Source: a virus (taxonomy: Duplodnaviria > Heunggongvirae > Uroviricota > Caudoviricetes). Taken from it: a stretch of DNA of 42,924 nt. The first letter of the stretch is position 1. Each line of letters starts with the position of its first letter. The stretch is taken from IMG/VR virus record IMGVR_UViG_3300042549_003167; one strand, 5' to 3'. The notes below the pieces were generated by a model, which was given only the letters and a program-made list of their open reading frames with translations, was not told the DNA's origin and searched no databases. Of the stretch, positions 15,998 to 25,600 are shown piece after piece. The position numbers and the translations under genes were made by a program.

Positions 15998-16375
15998 CTA
16001 ATATTCTTTGTAAGATTTTTCTTCAGTTAGTTCTGAGCCGTATTTTGTATTGATTTGTTTTTTGATGATGGCTCTGACATCGTTTAATTGGTAAACCTCT
16101 CTAGCTAGTTCTACGAACTTCTCTCCAAAGTCTTTTTTGTGTTCATAGTCCCTTAGACTATCTTCTACTGCCCATAGTTTTTTGTTTATGGAATAAAGCT
16201 CTTGGACTAGGGGGTCTATTAAAATGACTGAGTGTTTCTTGTGGAGGGCGTTTTTTACCATTTTCCACTCTTTATCTATGTTTATAAGCTTTTCTGTATC
16301 GTGTATTAAAAGCTTTTTTATGGTTAGGATGGTATATTTGTCCACCACTTCACCGATGCTGACTTCTATTTTCAT
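15998..16375 (-). CDS. DUF6165-like protein (125 aa)
   Basis: IEVSIGEVVDKYTILTIK and LYSINKKLWAVEDSLR motifs; family usually lies beside glycosyltransferases. Confidence 0.75.
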   Translation of the reverse strand: MKIEVSIGEVVDKYTILTIKKLLIHDTEKLINIDKEWKMVKNALHKKHSVILIDPLVQELYSINKKLWAVEDSLRDYEHKKDFGEKFVELAREVYQLNDVRAIIKKQINTKYGSELTEEKSYKEY

Positions 16376-16405
16376 GGGTTAAAGATAAGATTTTTACCAT
16401 TAATC

Positions 16406-16425
16406 ATTAATTTAATTAAATTAAT
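16406..16425. promoter_or_regulatory. Perfect 20-bp AT palindrome in a divergent promoter region
   Basis: ATTAATTTAATTAAATTAAT between divergent genes starting at 16375 (-) and 16449 (+). Confidence 0.65.
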
Positions 16426-16448
16426 TACTACTTTTACAAAAACACTAT

Positions 16449-17810
16449 ATGCCTACAAGCTACCCCATCTACAAAGATTCTGTCCGAAATTGGTTTCTGC
16501 AAAATGTCCCTTTAGATACTACTATATTAGATATAGGAGCAGGATGTGGTACTTATAGTGATTTACTAAGGGGATATGGTTACAAAATGGATGCAGTAGA
16601 AATATGGGAGCCATACATAAAACAATATGGGTTAAAGAGTAAGTATGGGTGGGTGTATGAAGAAAATGTCCTTAAAATGCCTCTTGATGTACTTGGAGCC
16701 TATGATTTTTATATATTGGGTGATGTTTTGGAACATTTGTCTGTGGAAGATGCTGAATGGCTAATGAAGTTTTTAAAGTTTGCAGGCAAACAATATCTTA
16801 TTGCAGTCCCTTATTCTATGGAGCAATCCGAGTATGAAGGCAATGTTTATGAAACCCACTTACAGCCTGACCTTACGCCTGAAATAATGCTAGAAAGATA
16901 CCCTGATTTAGAACTGCTTTATGGCAATAATTTCTATGGTTATTACACAAATAAAAAACAAAAACATGAAAAAGCTTATGTCCTTTATGCTGACGATTCC
17001 TATTATGACCTTGTGGATGCTTGTTGTCGTTCCATTAGAAATTTTAGTACTTATCCTATTTATGTTTATATGCTTAACTCGAACAATAAAGTATTAGTAG
17101 AAAATACCATTACCAAAAGATGGGATTGCGATGTAAAGCATTTAAACAAGCGTAATGATTATATAGTTAGAGAAGATAAACAGATTTATAAGCTTTTAAT
17201 TGAAAGACCTAAGATTGTTAAAGATGCTTTGAAGTATGCTGAAGTTGTGGCTTATGTGGACACAGATAGTGTAGCTAGCCCTTACTGCGATAGAATATTT
17301 GACTATTACAATAGCGAAGATGGTTACCCTTTTTTTACTGCTGGTATTTATGATTATCTTATTATCAATGGTAGAGGTGGAGCGAATAGCCGAGATGAAA
17401 TGAATAAAACATTAGAATATGATGTTTGTAGATTATTTAATGTAGACCAAAAAGAATCAAGAGAAAATTACAGGCAAACAGGATATTTTGTTTGTGGGCA
17501 AAAGTCTATATGGTTTTTGAATGAATGGGCGTGGATGTGCAATCACCCAAGAATTTTAGATGGGAATGCCATATACGCACCTTTTAACGAGGAAACAATA
17601 ATGAATGTGTTACGATGGAAGTATAAGCTTGATAGAGGTTTGCCATTAGTTTATGTTAATGGATTACGCAAGGGGCTTGAGTTTAAAGGGCATGAGTACT
17701 TTATGGGTGAATGGTTTAAAGTGCCAGCACAAAAAGATGATTTACTTTTTTACCATGGAGAAAAAGATATAAATAAGATTAATGAATTTATAGAATATTT
17801 AAAATTATAA
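16449..17810 (+). CDS. Methyltransferase-glycosyltransferase fusion (453 aa)
   Basis: N-terminal ILDIGAGCG and GDVLEHL (class I MTase); C-terminal YVDTDSV DxD, NEETIMN and FYHG (GT8/GT-A-like). Confidence 0.8.
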   Translation: MPTSYPIYKDSVRNWFLQNVPLDTTILDIGAGCGTYSDLLRGYGYKMDAVEIWEPYIKQYGLKSKYGWVYEENVLKMPLDVLGAYDFYILGDVLEHLSVEDAEWLMKFLKFAGKQYLIAVPYSMEQSEYEGNVYETHLQPDLTPEIMLERYPDLELLYGNNFYGYYTNKKQKHEKAYVLYADDSYYDLVDACCRSIRNFSTYPIYVYMLNSNNKVLVENTITKRWDCDVKHLNKRNDYIVREDKQIYKLLIERPKIVKDALKYAEVVAYVDTDSVASPYCDRIFDYYNSEDGYPFFTAGIYDYLIINGRGGANSRDEMNKTLEYDVCRLFNVDQKESRENYRQTGYFVCGQKSIWFLNEWAWMCNHPRILDGNAIYAPFNEETIMNVLRWKYKLDRGLPLVYVNGLRKGLEFKGHEYFMGEWFKVPAQKDDLLFYHGEKDINKINEFIEYLKL

Positions 17811-17812
17811 TT

Positions 17813-18010
17813 ATGACACCAAAAGAAAAAGCACAAGAATTATTTGATAAATATTTTGAGGTAACAAATAATTATTATCAAGCTAAAGAATGTGCATTAA
17901 TATCAGTAGTAGATGAGATAATGAATGTTTTAAATAAGCACTTGCCTGCTGAAGATTATAAAGTAATGAATTATTACCAAGAAGTTAAACAAGAAATAGA
18001 AGCATTATGA
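17813..18010 (+). CDS. Hypothetical protein (65 aa)
   Basis: MTPKEKAQELFDKY start, a type common in Bacteroidota phages; coupled to next gene. Confidence 0.7.
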   Translation: MTPKEKAQELFDKYFEVTNNYYQAKECALISVVDEIMNVLNKHLPAEDYKVMNYYQEVKQEIEAL

Positions 18011-20055
18011 AGATAGTTTATTTAGCTCCTCACCTCAGCACAGGTGGATGTCCACAATTTATTTTAAAGCGTATTCAATCTTTGCTTACGCATACCGAAG
18101 GCATTGAGGTTTATGTCGTTGAGTATAGTTATCATGGTGATGCTTATGTGGTACAAAGAAATGCCATAAAAAAATTACTTGGTAAGAATTTTGGCGCACA
18201 TTTTAGTACAAAAGTAGAAATTGCAGATTATATAGGACTTATTAACCCCGATATAATTCACATAGATGAAATGTCTGAAAGATTAGACCAACATTTGATG
18301 AAAGCTTTGTATAGAAATGATAGAAAATGGTATATCATTGAAACTTGCCATGATATTGCATTTGACCCAAGTACAAAGGTTTTTCACCCAGATTTGTTTA
18401 TGTTCTGTAGCCCTTACCATGAAGATACATTTGCTGATTTGGAAAGCTTGTATGAAACAATAGAGTACCCTGTTGATTTTAAAGTTATTGGTAATAAAGA
18501 AAAGATTAAAGCCAAGATGCAGTTAGGAATGGACTTAAATAAGAAGCATATTCTTAATGTTGGTTTATGGACTAAAGGTAAAAACCAAGGTGAGATGCTT
18601 GAGATAGCTAAAAAATATCCAGAAATGATGTTTCATTCAGTTGGTAACCAAGCAGGCAATTTTGCAGATTATTGGCAGCCATTTATGAAAGATGTCCCAT
18701 CTAATGTTAAGATATGGGGTGAGAGAGCAGATGTAGAATTGTTTATGACTGCGGCAGATGTTTTTATGTTTAATTCTACTTGGGAATGTAACCCATTAGT
18801 TTTGCGTGAGGCTATGGCACATACGCTACCGATAGTGGCTAGAAACTTACCACAATATGGCGATATGTTTACCAAATACCTAGACCCTATTGATACAGAT
18901 TTAAGAACCATTACTAGAAAATATAAAACTTCTAATGATAAAAATTCAAGAGCATTTGCCTTAAAGCATGAAAGAGCGTATAAGGAACTTATGAAGATAC
19001 CAATTAGAAAACAGCAAGTATCAATCACGCAACACTTTGTAAATCAGCCATTTTTAGAGATAAAAGGTAATAGTGAAAGCGACTTTTTAGTTCAATTTTT
19101 AGACGAAAAAGGTAGTATATATTACCAAAATACGATAAAAGCAAACCATTGGGTACGATTAAATAGGCAGTGGTACACAAAATGGAGGACAAAAGTTTTC
19201 GAGGGGAAAGACTTGATTTACAATAGTACCATGGACTTGGAAGGTAAAAAAGTTTTTATAGCTATTGATAGTAAGAGTCTTGGAGATACATTGGCTTGGA
19301 TTCCGTATGTGGAAGAGTTTAGAAACAAGCATAATTGTACGGTGGTTTGCAGTACATTTTGGAATAAGATATTGGACTATCCAGAGATTGAATTTGTGGA
19401 GCCGGGGACGATGATAGGATGTTATGCCATGTACACTTTGGGGTGGCATTGGAACGAAGATAAAGAACCAACCCTTTGCAATACCATTCCTTTGCAACAA
19501 TCAGCTAGTAATATCCTTGGATTGGATTATGTGGAGCTAAAACCACGCTTAAAGTACGATATTGGAGATAATAAGTATGGCAAGTATGTCACAATCGCCA
19601 CAAACAGCACTGCGGGGCTTAAATTTTGGCTTAAACCATCTTGGCAACAAGTTATCAACCACCTACACGAAAGGGGCTACAAGGTCATAAATACGTCCAA
19701 AGAACGCAATCTATTTGAAAACTGCTACCAATTAGAAGATACAAGCATAGAAAATACCATGTCTGTTATCTATCATAGTGAATTTTTTGTAGGGCTTTCG
19801 TCAGGTTTAAGTTGGACAGCCTTTGGGCTTGGTAAGAAGGTGGTAATGATTTCAGCCTTTACAGAAGCTGACCACGAGTTTGACTGCATCAGACCCCGCA
19901 ATAACAATGTATGTACAAATTGTTGGAATGACCCTAAGATTAAATTCGATGCGGGAGATTTTAATTTCTGCCCGCATCATAAGGGGACTGAGAGAATGTT
20001 TGAGTGCCAAACTAGTATCACACCCGAAATGGTTATTCAGCAATTGCCTCTGTAA
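18007..20055 (+). CDS. GT4-type glycosyltransferase fused to an Aah/TibC-like protein O-heptosyltransferase domain (682 aa)
   Basis: N-terminal HLSTGG, KGKNQ, ECNPLVLREAM (GT-B/GT4); C-terminal DSKSLGDTLAWIPY, FFVGLSSGLSW and CTNCWND...CPHH...EC Cys cluster. Confidence 0.8.
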   Translation: MKIVYLAPHLSTGGCPQFILKRIQSLLTHTEGIEVYVVEYSYHGDAYVVQRNAIKKLLGKNFGAHFSTKVEIADYIGLINPDIIHIDEMSERLDQHLMKALYRNDRKWYIIETCHDIAFDPSTKVFHPDLFMFCSPYHEDTFADLESLYETIEYPVDFKVIGNKEKIKAKMQLGMDLNKKHILNVGLWTKGKNQGEMLEIAKKYPEMMFHSVGNQAGNFADYWQPFMKDVPSNVKIWGERADVELFMTAADVFMFNSTWECNPLVLREAMAHTLPIVARNLPQYGDMFTKYLDPIDTDLRTITRKYKTSNDKNSRAFALKHERAYKELMKIPIRKQQVSITQHFVNQPFLEIKGNSESDFLVQFLDEKGSIYYQNTIKANHWVRLNRQWYTKWRTKVFEGKDLIYNSTMDLEGKKVFIAIDSKSLGDTLAWIPYVEEFRNKHNCTVVCSTFWNKILDYPEIEFVEPGTMIGCYAMYTLGWHWNEDKEPTLCNTIPLQQSASNILGLDYVELKPRLKYDIGDNKYGKYVTIATNSTAGLKFWLKPSWQQVINHLHERGYKVINTSKERNLFENCYQLEDTSIENTMSVIYHSEFFVGLSSGLSWTAFGLGKKVVMISAFTEADHEFDCIRPRNNNVCTNCWNDPKIKFDAGDFNFCPHHKGTERMFECQTSITPEMVIQQLPL

Positions 20056-20212
20056 CTTGAGCTTTGTCTAGTTCTATGGCTACTTTCTCAATAAATCCTA
20101 GTATTTCTTTACCATATTTAGTTGGTAATTGCTCGTTAGCATAATTCATTAATACTTGAACTTGTTCAGCTGTTAATGATGGTACTGGTAATTGTTTAGT
20201 TTCTTGGTTCAT
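20033..20212 (-). CDS. Small ORF not in the track (59 aa), possible fibre assembly factor
   Basis: Manual translation MNQETKQLPVPSLTAEQVQVLMNYANEQLPTKYGKEILGFIEKVAIELDKAQVTEAIAE; has its own promoter. Confidence 0.65.
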   Translation of the reverse strand: MNQETKQLPVPSLTAEQVQVLMNYANEQLPTKYGKEILGFIEKVAIELDKAQVTEAIAE

Positions 20213-20227
20213 ATATTTTTATTTTTA

Positions 20228-20251
20228 CAAAGATACTTAATTAATTTAATT
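20228..20251 (-). promoter_or_regulatory. TAnnTTTG promoter with upstream TTAAATTAATT element
   Basis: Minus strand TTAAATTAATT-AAG-TATCTTTG ending 15 nt before ATG 20212. Confidence 0.65.
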
Positions 20252-20263
20252 ATCCAAATGTAG

Positions 20264-21466
20264 CTACAACCCTGCTTTGTTTAATCTTTCATTTAATTCT
20301 TGAATAGCTTTTACTAGGTATGTGATATATCCTGTTGGGTTATACATATAATATCCATCTTTATCTTTCCCATAAGCCTCTGGGAAATTATCTACCATAT
20401 CTTGAGCTAAGAATCCTTTATAAACTACTGATTCGTCTTCATCAGCTATATGATTATATGTTTTTAATTTAGCATTATTAAATAATGGTAAAACAGATTC
20501 TTCAACATCTTTAATATTTGATTTTAACCTTGCATCAGAAGGGCCTGTATAAAATTGTAATGTTGATGATGTAAGATAATTTATACCTCCTGTTTGGCCT
20601 CCACTTGAATTCATAAAATAAATATAGTTACCACCAGGATATGTATTTTGAATTGATATAAGATTATATTGTAATGCAGAACCTTTTATATTTAATAATC
20701 CAGCTCCTACTGCAGTTGTACTACCAATACAAACTTCAGCTCTATTTGTAATACGCATAACTTCAAGAACAGTATCAGAAAAAAAGTTTCTTGTATAAAA
20801 TCCAATAGAACCATAAGCAACATTATCTGCTCCTAAAATACCTCTAATATTAGCTACATTTATATTATTGTTATTAAAAAACCCAATATTTAAACCATCG
20901 CCAATTGCAGTTGTTCCTGTAAGTCTTAGACTTATCATATCTAGGTTTTCAACACCACTACCTGCCTTTGCCTTTTCTAAACTTAATAATGCATTAAGAC
21001 TAGTTGTACCAATACCTACATTACCATTGTCTAATAATATCAATTTTGGATTAGTTCCATAAGCAGTACCATTTGCTAAATATGCTCCAAAGTTTAAATA
21101 GTTGCTTGAATCACTATTAATTTGCCAATAATAATCATTTGCACTTCTATTTAATTTTATACCATTGCTACTTTGTATTTGAACACTACTAGAGAAAGTA
21201 GCTGCTCCTGCATTTAAATTTGCATAACCATCTGCATTAGTTAACATAGAAAAAGTAGTGCCTGTATATTCAATTCTTCTATATCCTGCTATTGAACCAA
21301 CAGCAAAACCTGTTGCAGCACTTACCCTTAATACCCCACTAAAATTACTTGTACCAGTTACTTCTAATTTATAACTACCACTAGGTGCTGCTCCTATTCC
21401 TACGTTGTTAGATGCGTCAGTTAGTATTGCTAAAGGGATTGTACCCAGTTTTTGTGTAACACCCAT
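20264..21466 (-). CDS. Tail fibre/spike with C-terminal peptidase S74 intramolecular chaperone (400 aa)
   Basis: GNVGIGT shaft repeats; SDARLKSNI...GFLAQD...LVKAIQEL chaperone. Confidence 0.85.
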   Translation of the reverse strand: MGVTQKLGTIPLAILTDASNNVGIGAAPSGSYKLEVTGTSNFSGVLRVSAATGFAVGSIAGYRRIEYTGTTFSMLTNADGYANLNAGAATFSSSVQIQSSNGIKLNRSANDYYWQINSDSSNYLNFGAYLANGTAYGTNPKLILLDNGNVGIGTTSLNALLSLEKAKAGSGVENLDMISLRLTGTTAIGDGLNIGFFNNNNINVANIRGILGADNVAYGSIGFYTRNFFSDTVLEVMRITNRAEVCIGSTTAVGAGLLNIKGSALQYNLISIQNTYPGGNYIYFMNSSGGQTGGINYLTSSTLQFYTGPSDARLKSNIKDVEESVLPLFNNAKLKTYNHIADEDESVVYKGFLAQDMVDNFPEAYGKDKDGYYMYNPTGYITYLVKAIQELNERLNKAGL

Positions 21467-21467
21467 A

Positions 21468-22598
21468 TTATTTGTTTTTTAACTCGTTTATTTGAGATTG
21501 TAATGATGTGATTAATGCTTGTTGCTCTTGTACTGCTTTAACTAAAGCTGATGTAATAGCTTGATAATCTAAACCAATAAATGTTTTATCGCCATTTATA
21601 TTTTCACAATATGCTTGAGGAATAAAATCTTTTACTTCTTGTGCAATAAATCCTAAATGCTTATCAACAGATTCTTCTTCATCTATCATTCTATAAAGAG
21701 TAGGTTTTAAACCTAATATAGCAGAAAGTCCAATAGTAGATTGTTCAAAATCTTTCTTTTTATTTACATCAGATAAAGGAGTAAAAACTCCAGTAGTAGG
21801 ACTAATATTAGCTTTTGAAACACCTTGATAACCAAAATAAAAATTAGCATCTCCACCATTAACTAAATTCCATACTTGATTTCCTGTATTAATTAAAGAA
21901 AGTCCTTCATTATGACTATTTGCTGATTGTTTTATTTGTACTTGACCCCCACTTGTGATAACCATTCTATAAGCAGATGCATTATTATCATAAACTATAA
22001 ATCCTAAAGTATCACTACCAATAATAAAGTTTCTAAAACTTGTTGGTGCAAAATTCATATAAGCATCAGTAGTACCACCTATTGATAATTTTGTAGTAGG
22101 ACTTGTTGTACCAATACCTAAATTTCCTGATGCATTTATTGTAACTCTTGTAACATTATTTGTACCAAATCTTAATATATTATTTGCATTATCTCCTTCA
22201 ATGTAATTATTACCACCTCCAAAACCTACATAACCAGTTGCAGATAATACTATACTATTACTAAATGTAGCTAAACCTGTTGAGGATATGGTCAATCTTC
22301 TTGAACCTCCAGCACCAAATACTAAATTACCAGATGCGTTATTATTCCAAATTGATAAACCATCTGCATCTCTGCCGTCATAACCAATATCTCCTATTTG
22401 AGTACCTGCTGAGTTTCTAAATGCTATATAATTATCTACACCTGTTGGAGTTAATCTTAATACTTCTCCACTTCCAGTAATAGTTGTAGTAGAACCATCA
22501 TCTTGTATTAAGCTATTGCCTATGGTAGTTCCATTTGCTTTTAGTACATAGTTGGTGGTAGTCAAAGGTGCTGTGGCAAGTATGGTATTTAATGACAT
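21468..22598 (-). CDS. Tail fibre/spike with C-terminal peptidase S74 intramolecular chaperone (376 aa)
   Basis: GNLGIGTTSP repeats; SDVNKKKDF...GFIAQEV...LVKAVQEQ chaperone. Confidence 0.85.
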   Translation of the reverse strand: MSLNTILATAPLTTTNYVLKANGTTIGNSLIQDDGSTTTITGSGEVLRLTPTGVDNYIAFRNSAGTQIGDIGYDGRDADGLSIWNNNASGNLVFGAGGSRRLTISSTGLATFSNSIVLSATGYVGFGGGNNYIEGDNANNILRFGTNNVTRVTINASGNLGIGTTSPTTKLSIGGTTDAYMNFAPTSFRNFIIGSDTLGFIVYDNNASAYRMVITSGGQVQIKQSANSHNEGLSLINTGNQVWNLVNGGDANFYFGYQGVSKANISPTTGVFTPLSDVNKKKDFEQSTIGLSAILGLKPTLYRMIDEEESVDKHLGFIAQEVKDFIPQAYCENINGDKTFIGLDYQAITSALVKAVQEQQALITSLQSQINELKNK

Positions 22599-22609
22599 TT
22601 TTTATTCTT

Positions 22610-25600
22610 TTATATTTGTTCTACAATTGGTTCAATTGTTTCAGCTGGTTCAGCTGGTTCAGTTGTTTCAGTTGGCTCAATTGGTTTTAATGGTTCCACT
22701 ATTACCTTACCATTTTCATCTGTTATATCTGTATCCATAATAAATTCGTCTTTTCTTTCACCTATTACCATCCAAGATATTTCATCTGTTGAATTTGCAT
22801 TTTGACTTTCTATGTAAATAATATTACCAATAACCTTTCCTTTGACTAAATCCCAACCACTTTCATTTGTTGTAAAACATTGTACTTCTCTACATAATGC
22901 TTCAAATGTTCCATCAGTCATAGTAGATATTTCGTCTATATTAGCTTGAGCTTTACCGTTTACTAAGGTAAGTTTGCCTCTATAAATCAAATCTGCTTGA
23001 GGTGATTCAACACTAGTATGACGTAAATTATGTGTTTCTTTTAAATTTGAAAGGGGATGTGGAATTAAAAATGATTTTGAAGAAGCAGAGAAAGCACCTG
23101 CTACAACCACATTACCATTGTTAGCAATTGTCATTCTAGCACCAAAACCATCAGCATTGAAACTATAATATATAGTTCCTGCTGTAGCACCTGCTGAGCT
23201 TTGCCAACTAAATTTACCATTACCTGCATTGTAATCACTTGTTCCATATCCTGAAGTTCCCCATTGTATATTTCCTACAAAACCACTTGAACCTAAAATA
23301 AGTGTACCGTATGTTGTTGTATTTCCACTAGAGTCAATTTTTACTTTATCTGTACCTGCTATAGAAAGGTATATTTCTGAACCGCCTATTGCTATTGGCT
23401 GATAAGACCCAAAAAAAGTATTATTTACACCGAATATAGTGCTTCTACCTGAACTAAAAGTTCCTCCATTATCTATTCTAACTCCGTAAGCAGTTCCACC
23501 AAAAGCTGCTGAAGTACCATTTGCACTATTATATACTTGAAATTTTTGGCTTGGGCTGACACCAACACCAAACTGACCTGATGAATTTATTCTTGCAGCC
23601 TCAACGAGAGTTTGTCTTGTACTACCTGAGCCTACTGATGGAGCTGTTGAAAATATAATATTAGATGTAGCACCATTACCTGTTCCTAAACCTGCACTTA
23701 TATAAACAGCTCCACCTTCATTATTAGTACCTGTTGTAGAATCTGCACCTTTTAAAGTTAATGCAGGAGCACTACCTAATGTACTTTGGTTCATACCAAT
23801 AGTAGTAGCTGTATCCCCACCAAATGATAATCTAAAACTTGGAGCTGTTGTTCCAATTCCAATTAAACCATTACCTTGGATTCTCATTATAGTGCTAGTA
23901 GTATGAGCACTATTATAAAACGAATGGAAATCCATATAAGTATATGGACTTGTAAATGACATTCCAATAGCACCTACTACATTACCACTATCGTGCCAAA
24001 TAATATTTTTCTTGTAGTTTGCACTTCCACCCCAAGATGGCATCTCCATCTTAATATAGTTAACATCAGCACTAGTTGATGGATAATATATACTTAAAGG
24101 AGAAGTTGCATTAGTTGTTCCAATACCAACATTCCCTGCAGTAGTTATTCTCATTCTTTCTACAGCTGTATTTAATGAACTACCAGCAGTTCCAACAGGA
24201 GCAGTATAAAAAGTTAAATCACCACCAACTCCTGTTCCTGTACCTTGTCCTCCCTGTATTCTAAATTCAGCACCAGCTATGTTTGTTCCACTACCATCTG
24301 TACCTTCTATTATTGCAGTTTGTGGGGTAGCTGATGACTGACCATTACCAATGAAAAGACTTGTACCATCATCATAAATTAAGCCATTACCAATTGTATT
24401 TGTTCCAGTAAATTTAGCGTGATAACCACTTGTACCACTACCACCAATACCACTATAAGCTCCTACTGAATAAGAGTAAGCATAAACTACTACTATATCA
24501 TTTAATTGACAAGCTGTTGCTAATATTATACTTGTACCATTGGTTGCAGTATATTCTGATTGAGCTAGATTAGAACCATTATAAAACACATCTATTAATC
24601 CTTGTGTATATGTTACTGTGAATGTTGTCTGAGCAGCTGTGGCTGTGAAGGTTGTTATTGTTCTTAGTGCATTGGTTGGTAAGAATGCAGTGAGGTAGTT
24701 ATCAATTTCAACAATATTACCAGCAGCCAAAGGAGCTGTCATAACTACTGTTGTACCATCTGTTGCTGTATAATCTACACCATTTACAAACTTAACACCA
24801 TTCACAAATACATCTATCATTCCAAGGTTGTAACCATTGGTTACAGTGAATGTTGTTTGACTTGCTGTGGCAGTAAAAACTTCAACACTTCTTGCTGAAG
24901 AGCTTGCAAATCCAGAAGATCCAGAAGACCCTGAAGATCCACTTGTTCCACTTGTACCTGATGATCCTGCAGTTCCTGTTCCACCTGCTGTTCCTGAAGA
25001 ACCAGATGTTCCTGTTGCTCCACTTGAACCACTTGTTGCACTGGTACCACTTGATCCAGATGTGCCTGATGTAGCAGAAGTTCCAGATGAACCATCACTA
25101 CCTGCTGTACCTGACGTACCTGCAGTGGCTGATGTTCCACTAGATCCAGAGGTGCCACTTGTTCCACTTGTTGCAGATGTGCCACTAGACCCATCTGTAC
25201 CACTAGTTCCTGATGTTCCACTACTTGCTGATGTACCACTTGATGCTGATGTACCAGAACTTCCAGAAGTTCCACTAGATCCATCAGTTCCAGACGAGCC
25301 ATCTGTACCACTTGTTCCACTTGATGCAGAAGTTCCACTAGATGCAGATGTTCCACTGCTTCCAGAGGTTCCACTTGATCCATCAGTGCCAGATGAACCA
25401 TCAGTACCAGATGATCCATTAGTTCCACTTGTTGCACTAGAACCACTAGAGCCACTTGTACCACTAGACCCATCCCCTCCACTCGCACCATCTAAGTTAA
25501 CAGACCAAGCAGAATAAGTTCCACTACCCACTGTTCTAGTTGGTGCTGCGAATGATAAAGAACCTGTTGCTGGATTATAAGCTGTAACCTCACACTCTTG

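Noticed and set aside
20264-22598. Diversity-generating retroelement or shufflon acting on fibre tips
   Set aside because: No near-identical template/variable repeat pair, reverse transcriptase, invertase or inverted crossover sites seen in the window
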